DNA from: Eledone cirrhosa
Taxonomy: Eukaryota
DNA: 64,000 nucleotides
Reading direction: 5' to 3'
NCBI GenBank assembly: GCA_964016885.1
Contig: OZ024740.1
Span: 328,352,001 to 328,416,000, forward strand
The notes under the pieces: generated by a model
Told to the model about the DNA's origin: nothing
Seen by the model: only the letters and a program-made list of their open reading frames with translations
Database searches by the model: none
Shown here: one piece after another, positions 26,873 to 40,794 of the stretch
Layout: every line of letters begins with the position of its first letter
Position numbering within the stretch: the stretch's first letter is position 1
Made by a program: the position numbers and the translations under genes

Positions 26873-26873
26873 A

Positions 26874-26953
<80 letters not shown>

Positions 26954-26969
26954 ATATATATATAAACAT

Positions 26970-27017
<48 letters not shown>

Positions 27018-27230
27018 CGTTTCTGAATTTGTTTAGCAAGATTCTTTATCTGATATCGTGTGTTGAAACCGATATTGTTATACTTTGGGAGGGTCATGTT
27101 GCCAATAAGAAACACACGCACCAGTTGCTTTCACTTCAATTTAATTTAATATATATTTATAAATTTACAAATTTATAAATTTCTGGTTGGTTGGTTGGTT
27201 CCACAACCAGATAGTTGTTTATATATATAT

Positions 27231-27275
27231 AGTCATAGTTCTTTCGTCACACACTCTGTGACCTCTTCAGTGACT
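27231..27275 (-). ncRNA. Type I hammerhead motif (family C)
   Basis: Exact reverse complement of 27418-27462. Confidence 0.65.
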
Positions 27276-27417
27276 GGGGATTTCTTTCTTCGTTTCTGTG
27301 CCTTTCCTTTCTTCTATCCTACGCCATTTTGTTTGTGTGTGGGTTGCAACCCACACACAAACAAAATGGCGTAGGATAGAAGAAAGGAAAGGCACAGAAA
27401 CGAAGAAAGAAATCCCC

Positions 27418-27462
27418 AGTCACTGAAGAGGTCACAGAGTGTGTGACGAAAGAACTATGACT
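27418..27462 (+). ncRNA. Type I hammerhead motif (family C)
   Basis: agtca-CTGAAGA-g-gtcaca gagtg tgtgac-GAA-AG aa CT-A^tgact. Confidence 0.65.
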
Positions 27463-27613
27463 ATATATATATAAACAACTATCTGGTTGTGGAACCAACC
27501 AACCAACCAGAAATTTATAAATTTGTAAATTTATAAATATATATTAAATTAAATTGAAGTGAAAGCAACTGGTGCGTGTGTTTCTTATTGGCAACATGAC
27601 CCTCCCAAAGTAT

Positions 27614-27652
<39 letters not shown>

Positions 27653-27863
27653 TATATATATACATATACACGCACAAAAACTCACACGTACACATGCACA
27701 CAAACATACAAACACATTCATATACATAGCCTGTTATACTTTTACTTGTTTCTGTCATGCTGTAGCAGTTTTTTTCCAGTCTGGTACTTATGTTAACAAT
27801 ATCAATTTGTTGAACCACTAACTTACGAAATATCAACAAACAATAAACATAATCACATATGTA

Positions 27864-27955
<92 letters not shown>

Positions 27956-29247
27956 CACACACAAACACACACACGCAGACACACAAACACACGCACACAC
28001 ACACACACATACAAAGACGGGTGTCCTGCAAACTTTTTCAGGTCATCTCTCTTATGAATCTCTTCTTTAAAATGATACCCAACTCTCATCTGTGACTCCA
28101 AGAACTGTCTTTGTGTGAGTAAGAGTGCACCATCTATTGTGCAACGCCATTTGCAAACCTGCCAAGTCTGGTTGAAATTATTCGACCAACCTTAAAACTC
28201 TCGGTGAAATTCTTTAAGAGATTTTTGACGCTATGCATGCGAAAACTGAATATTAGATGGGCTGTTTTGTAAAACATAAATGTTATACAATCGTAAAAGT
28301 TCTTAGGCATATACATGTACACATCAAACTATACCCAAATACAGTTAAATGCAAGAAGCTATATAAATGATATATACATAAATATAGATTACAACGCGCC
28401 ACCTCTATATAGACAAATACAAAATCTTTATACATATAGATCTATATACACATACTTTTCACTAGAACAAGCCACAGCGTTAAACACAGAAAATATATAT
28501 ACATGCAATATATAAACATAGAGACAATATTGACATTTTTACAATTATAATTCGGTGTTTCTGCCACGACAATGACACCGAATTCTCAGGCCATCTTCAA
28601 ATGTACGTATGTGCATGAATGTGTGTGGTTGTGTCCGTCTGTGTATATCTACACACATACAGACACAGACACACACACACAAACACACACAAACACATAC
28701 GTATATATGTGTGTGTATATATGTTTTTATAACTGGCAGACGCATGAATTGCTTCCCTGTACAGCAAACATACCAAATATATTATCACATTATTATCTCC
28801 CTTAGATGTGACGAGATCTCATATATGATATGCATATGACATCATATATATCAGCCATGTTGGATTTATCTGAAGATAACTATACTAGCATGCCCTATGC
28901 TTTATGCTGGTTGATGTTTGAAACATTAGGTAACATACATTTGTGGTGAATTCTTAGTTATAAAGTATGTTTTGGCTCTGTACATTACATGGAGCGATTT
29001 TTTTCCTTGATTTATTCTTCGGAACACGTACTTCTCTCTCTCTCTACCATCCCAAGTTGCGAGTACTCTGTTTAATATTAGTCTAACTAGTTTAATACTG
29101 GTTTAAACCTGATAAATATAATGTATATATATATGTACATATATATATATACATATATATATATATGTGTGTGTGTGTGCGTGTGTGTGCGTGTGTGTGT
29201 ATGTATATACATATATCGGGAATTTTATATTCTTCGAATGAAAAGAT

Positions 29248-29329
29248 TCTTCTGACGAGAGCTTTTCTTTGCAACGGTTGCCGTATGGACTCCGTTTATT
29301 TTTGAGACTCGAAACCGATTCGGTAAAGG
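29248..29329 (+). ncRNA. Type I hammerhead with extended helix II
   Basis: tctt-CTGACGA-gag..46 nt..ctc-GAA-ACCG att CGGT-A^aagg. Confidence 0.75.
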
Positions 29330-29728
29330 TAACTATAGTAAGTAAAGTTAATTTTTTAAAATTTATTTTGAAACTTTTTCTTATTTGCTAAACCTTGATT
29401 ATATATGTTCTGGCTCGTTAATTTATTAACCTGTCATTGAACCACATTGGCAAATGGTTGGACAATACATGTGTCCCTTAGCGCCTTGTGCGTGTAGGAA
29501 CATATACTCGATTATTATTCTCCTCTTGGTTGAGAAAAAAATCTGGTCGTTCTGACTGCTGCTAGTTATAGCAGTAGCCGACTGACCTCCCTGCCTCCAC
29601 CTCTATCTTTACACTCGGCCCTTGAAAAAATTGATTCCACTTCATTTTCTCTCATCTCGGGAACAATTTTGAATAGCGCTAGTTCGTAATTTGAATTCGG
29701 GAATTTTATATTCTTCGAATGAAAAGAT

Positions 29729-29810
29729 CCTTCTGACGAGAGCTTTTCTTTGCAACGGTTGCCGTATGGACTCCGTTTATTTTTGAGACTCGAAACCGAT
29801 TCGGTAAAGG
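29729..29810 (+). ncRNA. Type I hammerhead with extended helix II (second copy)
   Basis: cctt-CTGACGA-gag...ctc-GAA-ACCG att CGGT-A^aagg. Confidence 0.8.
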
Positions 29811-29877
29811 TAACTATAGTAAGTAAAGTTAATTTTTAAAATTTATTTTGAAACGTTTTCTTATTTGCTAAACCTTG

Positions 29878-30035
<158 letters not shown>

Positions 30036-30043
30036 TGTGGGTA

Positions 30044-30303
30044 GAGGCACGTGGTATAGTGATAAGGATGTTGGACTTACGATCATAATGTCGTGGGTTC
30101 GATTCCTGAGTTTGTGTTATGTTCTTGAGCAAAACACTTCATTTCACGTTGCTCCAGTATACTCAGCTGAAAATGACTACTAGCAATAGCTGCGATGGAC
30201 TGGCGTCCTGTCCAGGGGTTAGTCTTGTTCTCTCAGTCGCTTCATGCCATGAAACCGGGATAAGCACCGGCCAAATGAGCCTTCTGGCTTAAGACAGACC
30301 TTA
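30044..30303 (+). mobile_element. tRNA-derived SINE, third family
   Basis: A box gtggtatagtg, B box gggttcgattcc, CORE-like ttgagcaaaacactt, then ctgcgatggactggcgtcctgtccaggg. Confidence 0.75.
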
Positions 30304-31349
30304 GATTATATATATATATATATATATGGAAAGAGAGAGAGAGAGAGAGAGAGTGTAGCCTACCTAGAGTTTTCATATGGTGGATCAGGAATTTAGAAAT
30401 GACAATATTAAATTAAAAAAGTGACTATCAGTACAAAACAGCAAGAAAGGAATTTTGTAGTATTTATTTGCTTTGCAAAAATAAACCAATGATGTGTAGT
30501 CGCGTGATATTAAATATATCTCTGAATGAATAATATGCATAAAAACAACCTGACAAAGAAACACTTTTATTCCCTAAAAGTACATTTCATGACCTCGACT
30601 GAATTTTTTCAATGTTTCCTCAAATTATGCAACATCAACACATGTCTGTTTCGAAGGGAAACTCCAGAGCGACGTGAAACCAGGAAAAACAGAGAGATTT
30701 TCAAATATATATATATGTTTATTATTATATATATCCAAAATTAAATTAAGGGTGTCATGTCTGAGAGACATAAAAAGATCGGAAGCCATAAGTAGTTGAT
30801 TTTGATTTATTTAAATTACAGATATTTCGCTGAAGACTAGCAAATTTGATAGTCTGAGCTCTTCTGACGGCCTAAAAACTTGAAAAACCGTAAAAACTAC
30901 CTCATAATAATAAAAAAAAAAAAAAATCTTTCTCGAAAAACGTTTTCTTTTCGTGACACAGGGGATAGCCGACGTGTCGATGTTGTTTATTCGACAGCCG
31001 GCATACATATCCGTATGTAGTTGACGGCTGAGAGAAAAGAGTACTCAATACCGAAGTAGAGTTTTAATAGCCGTTTCACATGGTGCATCAGGAGTTTTAG
31101 AAAGGCAATATTAAGAAAAAAAGACTATCGGAACAAAAACAAATGATGAATGTTGATTGTCGCGTGATATTAAATATATCTTTGAATGAATAATATAAAA
31201 TATAAATAACACTTTTATTCCCCCAAAGTACATTGTATGACCGAGTTTTATCAATGTTTCTCACATCATGGTCTGCTTCGAAAGGAAACTACTTAGCAAA
31301 GTGAAACCAGCAAAAACAGACGGCTTTTACAATATATATATATATATAT

Positions 31350-31520
31350 ATCTATCTAAGGCGGGTAAAATTCCCGAGATCCATGGACGAGTTCTCTCCA
31401 GCGGTCTCTGTCCCTCATTATCGCTGCCATATCCTGCATCTCCAACAGACCAGTGTCTGTCCTGAGGGCATCAACATATGTTAACCTTGGTCTTCCTCTT
31501 CTAGTGTGTCCATGTAGGGT
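31350..31520 (-). mobile_element. RTE-clade LINE 3' fragment
   Basis: Minus translation HGHTRRGRPRLTYVDALR...MRDRDRWRELV. Confidence 0.75.
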
Positions 31521-31763
31521 ATATCGTTGACGGCTGAGAGAAAAGAGTACTCAATACAGAAATAAAGTTTTAATATTCATTTTATTAAGGCCATATAGTG
31601 AGTCTTGTTACCCTGGAATTTTATTGCTGTTCATTATCAAGCATTATCTTCTTCACGCAGCCCTATCCTCCACCCACTGCAATCTCCTCATTTGAAACCT
31701 CGCTGCACCACGAGTCTTCCTTTATTTATACTGTGTCTGCTATTGAAACGTTAGTTCTTGTCT

Positions 31764-31807
31764 GATGACCCCGTAATAAACAGGCGAAACTCCAGAGTAA
31801 CATGACT
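31764..31807 (+). ncRNA. Degenerate type I hammerhead motif
   Basis: cttgt-CTGATGA-c cccg taataaa cagg c-GAA-ACTC ca GAGT-A^acatg; related remnants inverted at ~31597-31620 and ~15757-15800. Confidence 0.5.
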
Positions 31808-31840
31808 CGCCTCAATAAGATGCATGTATATATATATATA

Positions 31841-32660
31841 TTTCGTTTGTTTCTGAATTTGTTTAGCAAGATTCTTTATCTGAAAACGTGCGTTGAAACC
31901 GATATTGTTATACTTTGGGAGGGTCATGTTGCCAATAAGAAGCACACGCACCAGTTGCTTTCACTTCAATTTATTATAGATTTTATAAATTTTATAAATT
32001 TCCGGTTTATTGGCTGGTTCCACAACCGGATGGTTGTTTATATATTGTCAAAGTTCTTTCGTCACATATTCTGTGACCACTTCAGTGACTGGGGATTCTT
32101 TTCTTTGTTTTGTGCCTCTCCTTTGTTCTGTCCTACGCCATCTTGTTTTTGTGTGTGTTGTGTGCTTGGTTTGCGCATGTGTTACATCCGGGTGTCTGTG
32201 TGTATTTTTATTTGTTTATTTATTTGTTTATTTACATGTTACTGGTTGGTTGTTTGTTCTATGTTTGTGTATTTTCATTTTGTCCTTAATTATAAGTTGT
32301 GATGTTGCTATTCCATTCATGTTTTCTATTTAATTTTGGTTGGAGTTCATTTATGTTTATTGCCTCTGTGACATGTACATAAACAAATAAATAAACACAT
32401 AAAAACACACACAGATACTCGGATGTAACACATGCGCAAACCAATTACACAACACACACAAAAACAAGATGGCGTAAAAAAGAACAAAGGAGAGGCACAA
32501 AACAAAGAAAAGAATCCCCTGAAGAGGTCACAGAATGTGTGACGAAAGAACTTTGACAATATATAACCAACCAACCGGAAATTTATAAAATTTGTAATGA
32601 ATTGAAAGCAACTGGTGCGTGTGTTTCTTATTGGCGACATGACCCTCCCAAAGTATAACA

Positions 32661-32661
<1 letters not shown>
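31841..32661. mobile_element. Second family C inverted pair (older; HHRs damaged)
   Basis: Homologous to 27017-27621; HHR remnants 32047-32089 (-) and 32519-32557 (+). Confidence 0.8.
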
Positions 32662-32706
<45 letters not shown>

Positions 32707-32887
32707 GTGTGTGCGTGTGTGTGAGCGTGCTTGTGTCTTTTCCTGGTTATACTTCGCTAAATATCAACAACAATAAAGAAAGAGATGGTAAATGCAGTTT
32801 AAAAGATGAGTAACTTTTGTAAGTAAATTACAATCTTCCATTTCCTTTAAAAAATGTCAAGTTTCATTCTATGTAAAAAAAATAGTT

Positions 32888-33150
32888 GTGATGTTGATGA
32901 TGATGAGGATGATGATGACGATGATGAGGGTGACGATGACGATGATGATGATGAAGATGATGATGATGAAGAAGAAGATGATGATTATCATCATGATCAT
33001 GATCATGATATGATGACAATGATCATGATGATGAAGATTATGATGATGATGGTGATGATGATGGCGACGATGATGATGATGACGATGATGATGATGATGA
33101 TGGTGAAGATGATGATGATGATGATAATGATAATGGTGAAGATAATGGTG
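32888..33150. repeat. Degenerate (GAT)n microsatellite
   Basis: Direct reading. Confidence 0.9.
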
Positions 33151-34810
33151 AAAGAGGAAACTAATGGGGAAAGCAATAACACAGTAGGCCACGTAAACTA
33201 CTAGTTGTAGAGTGGAGAATATCAAAAGGGATTGCTTCATGACTCAGTTTTAAGAGCCGATTAGTAAATCGAATAACCTCCTACGTCGGTTATAACTTTC
33301 AACCATAGCCTATTGTCTTGCAAATATAAATAGAGGTGGGAAAGCAAGCATGTGTTGCAGAATTATGCAGAATTCATGAGATTCAAGAAAATTAAAAACG
33401 GCACTCATTCACCCACGAAAATTATCACTCAAATATCACCTCTTGCCGCTTGAAAGAAATATTACCTTAAACAATGCAAACAAAGGTACGCTATATCTAA
33501 AAATAAAATAACACGACCATGACTTGTATTCGTTTGATTATAAGTTTACTGAACATGTCAGACCTTGGTTGAACGCCGCGACCGGATTTAGACCTTAGGT
33601 GTGCCGGGGTACTTCCGTTTTGTATGTGTGTGGGTGGGGTGGGGTGGGGGTGGGGGGATCCCTCATACACACACACACACACACACACACAAAATAGAAT
33701 ACACACCAAACCCCTAATTTTACATACCAAAATCGGCTGGTGCAAGTAATTTGAATTAACAAATTATACATACAGGTATTAAATTCAAAACATCTTACCA
33801 TCCTGATTTTACGTCCATTTTCCCACGGGGATGTGTTGGACAGGTTGTCGCAGACATATTGGAGCGATCTCATCGTGCTTATACATTACACATTTGGCAT
33901 GGTTTCTATGGCTGGATGCCTTTCCTATGATAACCACTTTCTGTGCGATACCAGCACAATTACTTTACACAGCGACATCAAATACTTTTTTATTAGAACA
34001 TTGATGAATTTTGCTACAGTAAAGACATTACATACTTTTGTTAAAAATATAGTTCTCGTTGTCAAAGGGATAAAACTAAAAAGCCCAGCAGAGGGCACAA
34101 ATATAATGCTACGATCGTGGTTAGTGCCCCACCACCACATGGGGCCACTTTTGCTCCCCTTTCCATTAAATCCGGCTCTGCTGAACACCATCAACTCGTA
34201 TTTATTTTATATCCAGTAGAGATGATAGGTAAAGATGCTCTCGATGGGATTTGAACACAGAAGGTAAAGCGAAGAAATTAAATAGCATAAGCCAATTTTG
34301 TCCCACACTATGCTTGTTCGATGCACGGTTGTTGTGGAGAGATAATAGAGTACATGAAATAGTCAGTTTTGTTAATAGAAATAAATATTAGGTGAGGAAA
34401 TATAAACGATATTTTCCACAATATTTTCCGTTTTATATTTTCCTAATAAATTTTATTTTAAAAATGGGCCAGGAGAAATTTTCATGACTTCAGAATTTTT
34501 CTAATTCATCAAAGATGACAAGATAAAACAATGAAGAATAGAAGAGAAGAAATTACTAATTATCAAATAAATCATTACGCTTAAATATTTAGGAATAATG
34601 TTCTGCCAAAACTCAAGTACCGAGTTACATAATTATAGTAATATGCTATTATAAAGTCAAGAATTAAACGATGTTTATTTACAGTAAGAACTTATGAATG
34701 ACGAAACAGAGAGCACTGGTTAAAGCTGATGATAAATGGTAATTATTTTAATTAATATTATTATAATGTTACTGTAAACTGTATATTAGTTATATCGTTT
34801 GTGTGCACTT

Positions 34811-34873
<63 letters not shown>

Positions 34874-36173
34874 TCTCTTTCTCTCTCTATCTATCTATCT
34901 ATCTCTTTCTGTGTGTGTGTATATAATATATATATATATATATATGCGTGTGTGTGTGTGTGTGGGGGGGGGGGGGGTGTAATGTATATGGGTGACTATA
35001 TTCGAGAGTATGTCAGAATTATTTTTTAAATTGAAATACCTGATTTCAGGGAGTGTCCTCACTGAAAAAGTAGCTGAAGCCGTAATTAAAAATTGGCGTT
35101 GTGACATCACTGCAATTGTACTCCTCACATTTCGACATCGCCCAAAAGGTAGCTCTATTAAAGTTGTATTCAATTCTTCTCTAAACAACGCCCGTATTAA
35201 CAAATGTGTCTAGATTGGCGGGGGAGGGTAGCATATACGCAAACTGCTAGAAATAGCTACCATATTTCCTTAAATCTAGACTCTACCATTAAAATAAAAA
35301 TGATGGTAGCTATGACTACATTGGATAATGAAGTATTAGGAATTAATATAAAAACTAAGTAATGCGACGGCTGGAACCTGATGACGTCGGTCATCACTAT
35401 GACAATAACTGGAACAGGTTTACTGTGAGGGGTGGTGTATGGTTTTCAAGGACGTGTATGAATTTAATTTATGGCTGGTGAGCATGTGTATGAAGGTATG
35501 ATGGTAAAAGTTGATTTTAGGATTATGATTTGCATGAGCTCAAGGGCATGGATAGTATGGGCTTAGTTTAGATTTATTTACGTTCTAGATAACCCTATCA
35601 TATATAACAGTTATATACATATTGACTGTATAAATAGTAATTATCTGATGATCATGGCTGGAAGGTCTTTGCTTATTTTATCTGAAGCATAGCTAACCTT
35701 GAGTGAAGAGCAACAATACCAGGGGCAGTTGAAATATGCTCTTAATATAGGAATTTATAGGAATAAGTGTTAGACGAGAAAGAGATATAAGGAAAGAATA
35801 TAATTATATTTCTGAGCAATACAAAATTAAAGTATATGAGGTGATGGCTTGTAGAGTTATAAATATTAATTGGAGCTACGACATTACTCATTAGATTTCT
35901 AGCAATAATGTTACTGTTAAAATATGGCAAATCTCACATAATAGCTGGTAAGAGCTTTAAAGAGACGTTACTCAGACGTGGGAGGATAGTGCATTTGATA
36001 GATTTAAGCTCTTCCAGACTGATAAGAAAAATGTGGCTGGTGTTCAGTTTGGACTTCTGCCAGTACATGTTTGTAGACAAATATAAGATGCGAGAGAATG
36101 TTAGAAGTTTCCAGTCTTGTGGAAAAGAGACTGGTCAAATAATTTAGTGTCGGATATATATATATGAAATATT

Positions 36174-36345
36174 CAGGACCCCGATGGCTGAGCTCCGGCC
36201 GTTTCAATAGCTAGATCCTAGTTAGGATCTACCTGTTGAAACGGCCAGAGCTCAGCCGTCGGGGTTCTTCATACTACCCACTCTACTACCCCAATACTCC
36301 AAGTATCGAGTACTCTGGTGAGTAATGGTCTAACTGGTTTTAGCG
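36174..36345 (+). mobile_element. Family A hairpin element (diverged subfamily)
   Basis: gaccccgatggctgagctc..gaaacggccagagctcagccgtcgggg plus tail. Confidence 0.75.
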
Positions 36346-37280
36346 CCTCCATTCTGATATATATATATATATATCTGTGTGTGTGTGTGTGTCTGTATGT
36401 CTGTGTGTATGTGTTTGTGTGCATTTATGTATGTATATATATATATTGGATTGGTTGTACATACAAGAGAGAGAATATTCAATACATCACTATGTATAAA
36501 TGTATCATTATGGTCGAGTGGTGGGCGAATAAAACGGCTACCCCACAAGATCCTTGTCTGGTGAGAAGGATAAGTGTAACCCAAGCAGCATAAAAATACA
36601 AGATCTCTTACAAAGGTAGATGAATTACAAAAATCATCGCCCCTCCCTAAACTATGGCTTAAATAGCCTCAGCAACCCACAATTGACCAAACGCGGTGAG
36701 TACGTGGTCAACGGGGTTGACATGATCAAATCCAAACAGAAAGCTGTGAAAGACAATGATTGAGAAGGCCCTGGGCTGGATTGGAGAGCTTAAAGCTACA
36801 CGAGTGACTGAATGGCCAGGAGATTTATGCCTGAGGGAACCATCGACACGAGTTTCGCAGCTATAGTTATACATATTTACAAGTATACAGAAAACACCCA
36901 CACAAACACTCATATACACACACGCACGCACACACGCACGCACACACACACGCACACACACACACACGCACACATATATATATATTTGTATGGATTACAT
37001 TTATTAACAGATTGACTCAGGATTACATTGCTTAATATTTCACAGACGCACATATCAAGGCCGGTTGTTCAGAGGCTTAATGCTTAGTGATATGACGGTT
37101 TGATTGTCACACAGAAGCTGTTACCTTCACATCACGTAGTATTAAGGGTTGGAATGACTTGAAGTGTTTTTCTCCGTGAGACAGTTCTGATTCATGGGGT
37201 TAACATATACTTCAATTTTCATGCTTTGAATGCACTTTTCTTAACAATGTACAATGGTCTACATATAAACATCCATGTAT

Positions 37281-37314
<34 letters not shown>

Positions 37315-37334
37315 GAATATATAAATAAATATAT

Positions 37335-37525
37335 AACGAAGGAGTTATTGTAAGGAACCAGATGGACTATAACGCACCAGAGTACTGAATACTTAGGGTA
37401 GTAGAGTGGGTAATAGGAGAAAGTATGACCCCAACGGCAGAGCTCAAGCCGTTTCGACGGCTATTTCTAGTCCAGAAATAGACGTCGAAACGGCTTGAGT
37501 TCTGCCGTCGGGGGTCATACTTTCT

Positions 37526-37530
<5 letters not shown>
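37335..37530 (-). mobile_element. Family A hairpin element
   Basis: Reverse-oriented palindrome plus tail. Confidence 0.8.
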
Positions 37531-37566
<36 letters not shown>

Positions 37567-38590
37567 GTTTATGTGTAAGTGTGTACATGTATGTTTGTGT
37601 AAGAAAATTGCTAATACTATATGCTTATGGAAACCCTTGGCAGAAGGAGGCCGGACTTGAACTCATAACACACAGAGCTAGATCAGATAGTGCAAAGTAT
37701 CCCGTTTAGCCACACAAAAACATGTAGAGAACATGTAATATATAGTCATACTATGCAAACCAACCATAGTTTTCGCACCCAAGTACGATGTTACTAATCC
37801 ATTTTTTTACCGTCTTATATTTTATCTAAATAAGCACACACACTCACAAACGCATATATATATTTATTCCACTTCAATATATATTTATTCCACTTCGTTT
37901 GCATTTTTATTTAAAAAAAATAGTTTTTAACGTTTCCCCTTCAAAAATTATATATATATATATAAACTTAGGAAAATTAACAGAGAGTGGACAAGATAAG
38001 GAACGAAATTATATGTGTGTATATATATATATATGGATGAGATGCTACTTGTTAAGACTATTAATGCCATTATTCAACGAGCATAAATTGCGTCCTCCGA
38101 GTATGATTTTTGCCTTGGAAAGTAGGCTTAGATGATTTGTTGGGTGCTTGAATATAAAAGAAAAAACATGTAAATTAGTGTATGAGGCGCCCTCCCTGGG
38201 CCACCGAGTTATTGATAACTAGATTTATTTATTAGGAGCTGAATTAGTAATAAAATATAAAAGCTTGGCTTTTTAGCCAACTGTTAGATTAGGCAAACTT
38301 AACTTAAACACTCCACGTTACTCTCTTTGTGTCTTACACGCCGAAAATACATTCTTCCTCTCGTTTTTTTTCTATCCCTTTGAAGTTTACCGTTTCTACA
38401 GTTTATAGATATTTGTATAGGATAAGTTGTAATATAATGAAACGAAATTTCATTTCTCACTCTTAGTACGGCACTTACTTAAATGTAAGTATGTATGTAT
38501 ACGTACATACATATATGTATACAGACGTACAGTAGCATGCATATATATATATATATACACATACAGGTACACATATATATATGTACGTAT

Positions 38591-39091
38591 CAGTTTAGCG
38601 GACGTTTATTATAACGCCCGCTTTGTCCGTTTGTAAACAAGCGGACAGCCTGATTTATGCCGTACGGTGTTAAGGCAACCACGTCACCTTTTTGTTCAAC
38701 ACTGACACAGGAACGATGTACTAGTTTCAAGCTTCTTAGCTATCATCAGCACCGTATACCCTTCTGCCAGATGGTTGAACGTTCGAAAGTATATACTTTC
38801 CTTATGAAAATTAACGGCTGAGCAGCCTAATTTGCATATCGAGTGAGTTCAGTCGGCCAGGCGTACTGAACTCACTCGATATGCAAATTAGGCTGCTCAG
38901 CCGTTAATATGCACAAGGAAAGTATATACTTTCAAACGTTCAATCGTTCAATCGACTGACAGGAAGGTATACGGTGCTGATGTCAGTGTTGAACAAAATG
39001 GCAACGATGGTTGCCAAACACTGTACGGCTAATAATTTGGGCTGTTTGTTTACAAACAAACCGAGCATTATAATAAATGTTCGGTAAACCC
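38591..39091. mobile_element. ~500-bp fold-back element containing a hammerhead
   Basis: Imperfect ~250-bp arms, perfect inner hairpin 38810-38908. Confidence 0.75.
38714..38754 (-). ncRNA. Type I hammerhead ribozyme motif
   Basis: cggtg-CTGATGA-t agc taagaa gct t-GAA-ACTAGT-A^catcg. Confidence 0.75.
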
Positions 39092-39178
39092 ATACGTACA
39101 TATATATATGTGTGCATGTATGTATGTATATACATATTACTGTACGTCTGCATACATATATGTATGTACGTATACATA

Positions 39179-39220
<42 letters not shown>

Positions 39221-39224
39221 TATA

Positions 39225-39262
<38 letters not shown>

Positions 39263-39264
39263 TC

Positions 39265-39552
39265 TATAATAAAATAAAACAAGGACAAGTGGTTACTCCT
39301 TCATTACCACTAAAAGGGTCTGACGAGCGGGGGATTACAAAGTCGGGCTGGATCGATACAGTTCGAACCTTGAGCTGATCGGTGACGAAACGCGCGTCAC
39401 CAACCAATAAACGTAATGAAGGAGTAACCACTCGTCCTTGTTTTATTTTATTATACTACACTCCGTCCAGCTCTACACCTCGATACAGACGTGAACCTAA
39501 ACATCGAGTGCTCACCCGCGTGAACCTACAGTAACTCCGCGTTACACTCCCT

Positions 39553-39555
<3 letters not shown>
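39265..39555 (+). mobile_element. Short inverted-arm element with HHR-like centre and tail, in (TA)n
   Basis: Arms 39265-39307 / 39413-39455; ggt-CTGACGA...GAA-ACGCGCGT-C^acc at 39317-39401; ~100-nt tail. Confidence 0.65.
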
Positions 39556-39615
<60 letters not shown>

Positions 39616-39715
39616 ATGAAAAATTGAACAGGGACAGAACAGAGAGGCAGTACGATAAATGTTTATTAAATTCACGCTCAGGAGAGTGGGGGGGGGGGGG
39701 TAGGGTAGGGGGGGG

Positions 39716-39748
39716 ACGACGTTTCGGGCATAAGCCCTTTTTCAGGTG
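39716..39748 (-). ncRNA. Minimal PLE hammerhead motif (G8 mutated)
   Basis: c-CTGAAAA-a-ggg cttatg ccc-GAA-ACGT-C^g. Confidence 0.6.
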
Positions 39749-39846
39749 AGAGTACAAAAGGTGTGTAGGGGAGTGGTGGAGAGACATATAGCGAAAGGAA
39801 ACGGTGCGAATGAAAAATTAACAAATAAAGACAAAAATATAATAAA

Positions 39847-40794
39847 TCTATATATATAAAACTGTGGTTGTCTGTCTGTCTATCGATTTTTGGCACACAT
39901 CTCCTCTTAGAATCTCTGACGGAATTGCACCGAAATTGCTCTACTTGTACATTGAGCCCTAGCGAAGACATCGGAAAAAAAATATTTCGAATTGACCCAC
40001 CCTATGTGACGAAATCGAATATAATGTATCGATTTTTGAGCGTAAGTTATCAGTTATTTCCCTTTGTTCTGTTTACATTGAGCGTCTTACGTAAAAAATT
40101 ACGCTGGCTTTCTCAGCGTTTAAAATGACATTAACACAATACACGAACCGTTGTCGAGCCAGCAAAATATTGACCTGCAAAATTCATCAGTTCGAACACT
40201 ACGCTTCCGTTTTGCTTCATTTCCATTTAAAAGCATTTTAAAACAATATTTTTACTTGAAAACAAGTCTATTTAAAGACTACGTAAAACAAGCAAATATT
40301 TCGTCGTTAGGCGTGCAGACAGACAGTCGTGCAGACAGACAGTCGTGCAGAGAGGTGATATACGCGTGCAGACAGACAGTCGTGCAGAGAGGTGATATAG
40401 GCGTGCAGACAGATAGTCGTGCAGAGAGGTGATATAGGCGTGCAGACAGACAGTCGTGCAGAGAGGTGATATAGGCGTGCAGACAGACATAACTGATAAT
40501 TTGGTTACGCTAATGTTTTTCTCTGCGTTGCAGTGTTTACATTTTCGATCTTTGTTAATAAATAACCAGTGCAGTTTCTATCCCCAGCATCCTCTTTTGT
40601 TATAACATTCGGGTTATCGTTATGTTTTCTTAACTTCATAAGGCATATTGTTGGTTGAGGGAATATTAATCAAAAACACCACATGCAAGTCTGCACAGTA
40701 GACACTACAGTTTTTAAGCCAAGAAAGAAACTTAACATTGTAACTTTAACACAGCTACTGAGCGACCCCGAGCAACGCCGGGCTTTACTGCTAG
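39847..40794 (+). mobile_element. Non-autonomous Helitron nested in the PLE 3' region
   Basis: a|TCtatatatataaaa start; cccgagcaacgccggg hairpin + CTAG|t; internal ~37-bp tandem repeat 40310-40488. Confidence 0.85.

Larger units (their letters stand above)
27017..27621. mobile_element. 550-bp perfect palindrome (family C) with one-sided tail
   Basis: Zero-spacer palindrome 27072-27621 centred at 27346/27347; left arm extends to 27017; flanked by (TA)n. Confidence 0.9.

Noticed and set aside
28010-28290. Possible Tc1/mariner end remnant
   Set aside because: Only a weak TIR-like motif, no partner end
28545-28602. ttgaagatggcc...ggcagaaac (minus), HHR-like with small inversion
   Set aside because: Multiple core mismatches and no cleavage triplet in register
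35300-36150. Possible heavily decayed PLE RT-thumb region (minus)
   Set aside because: Motif similarity too faint to support by eye
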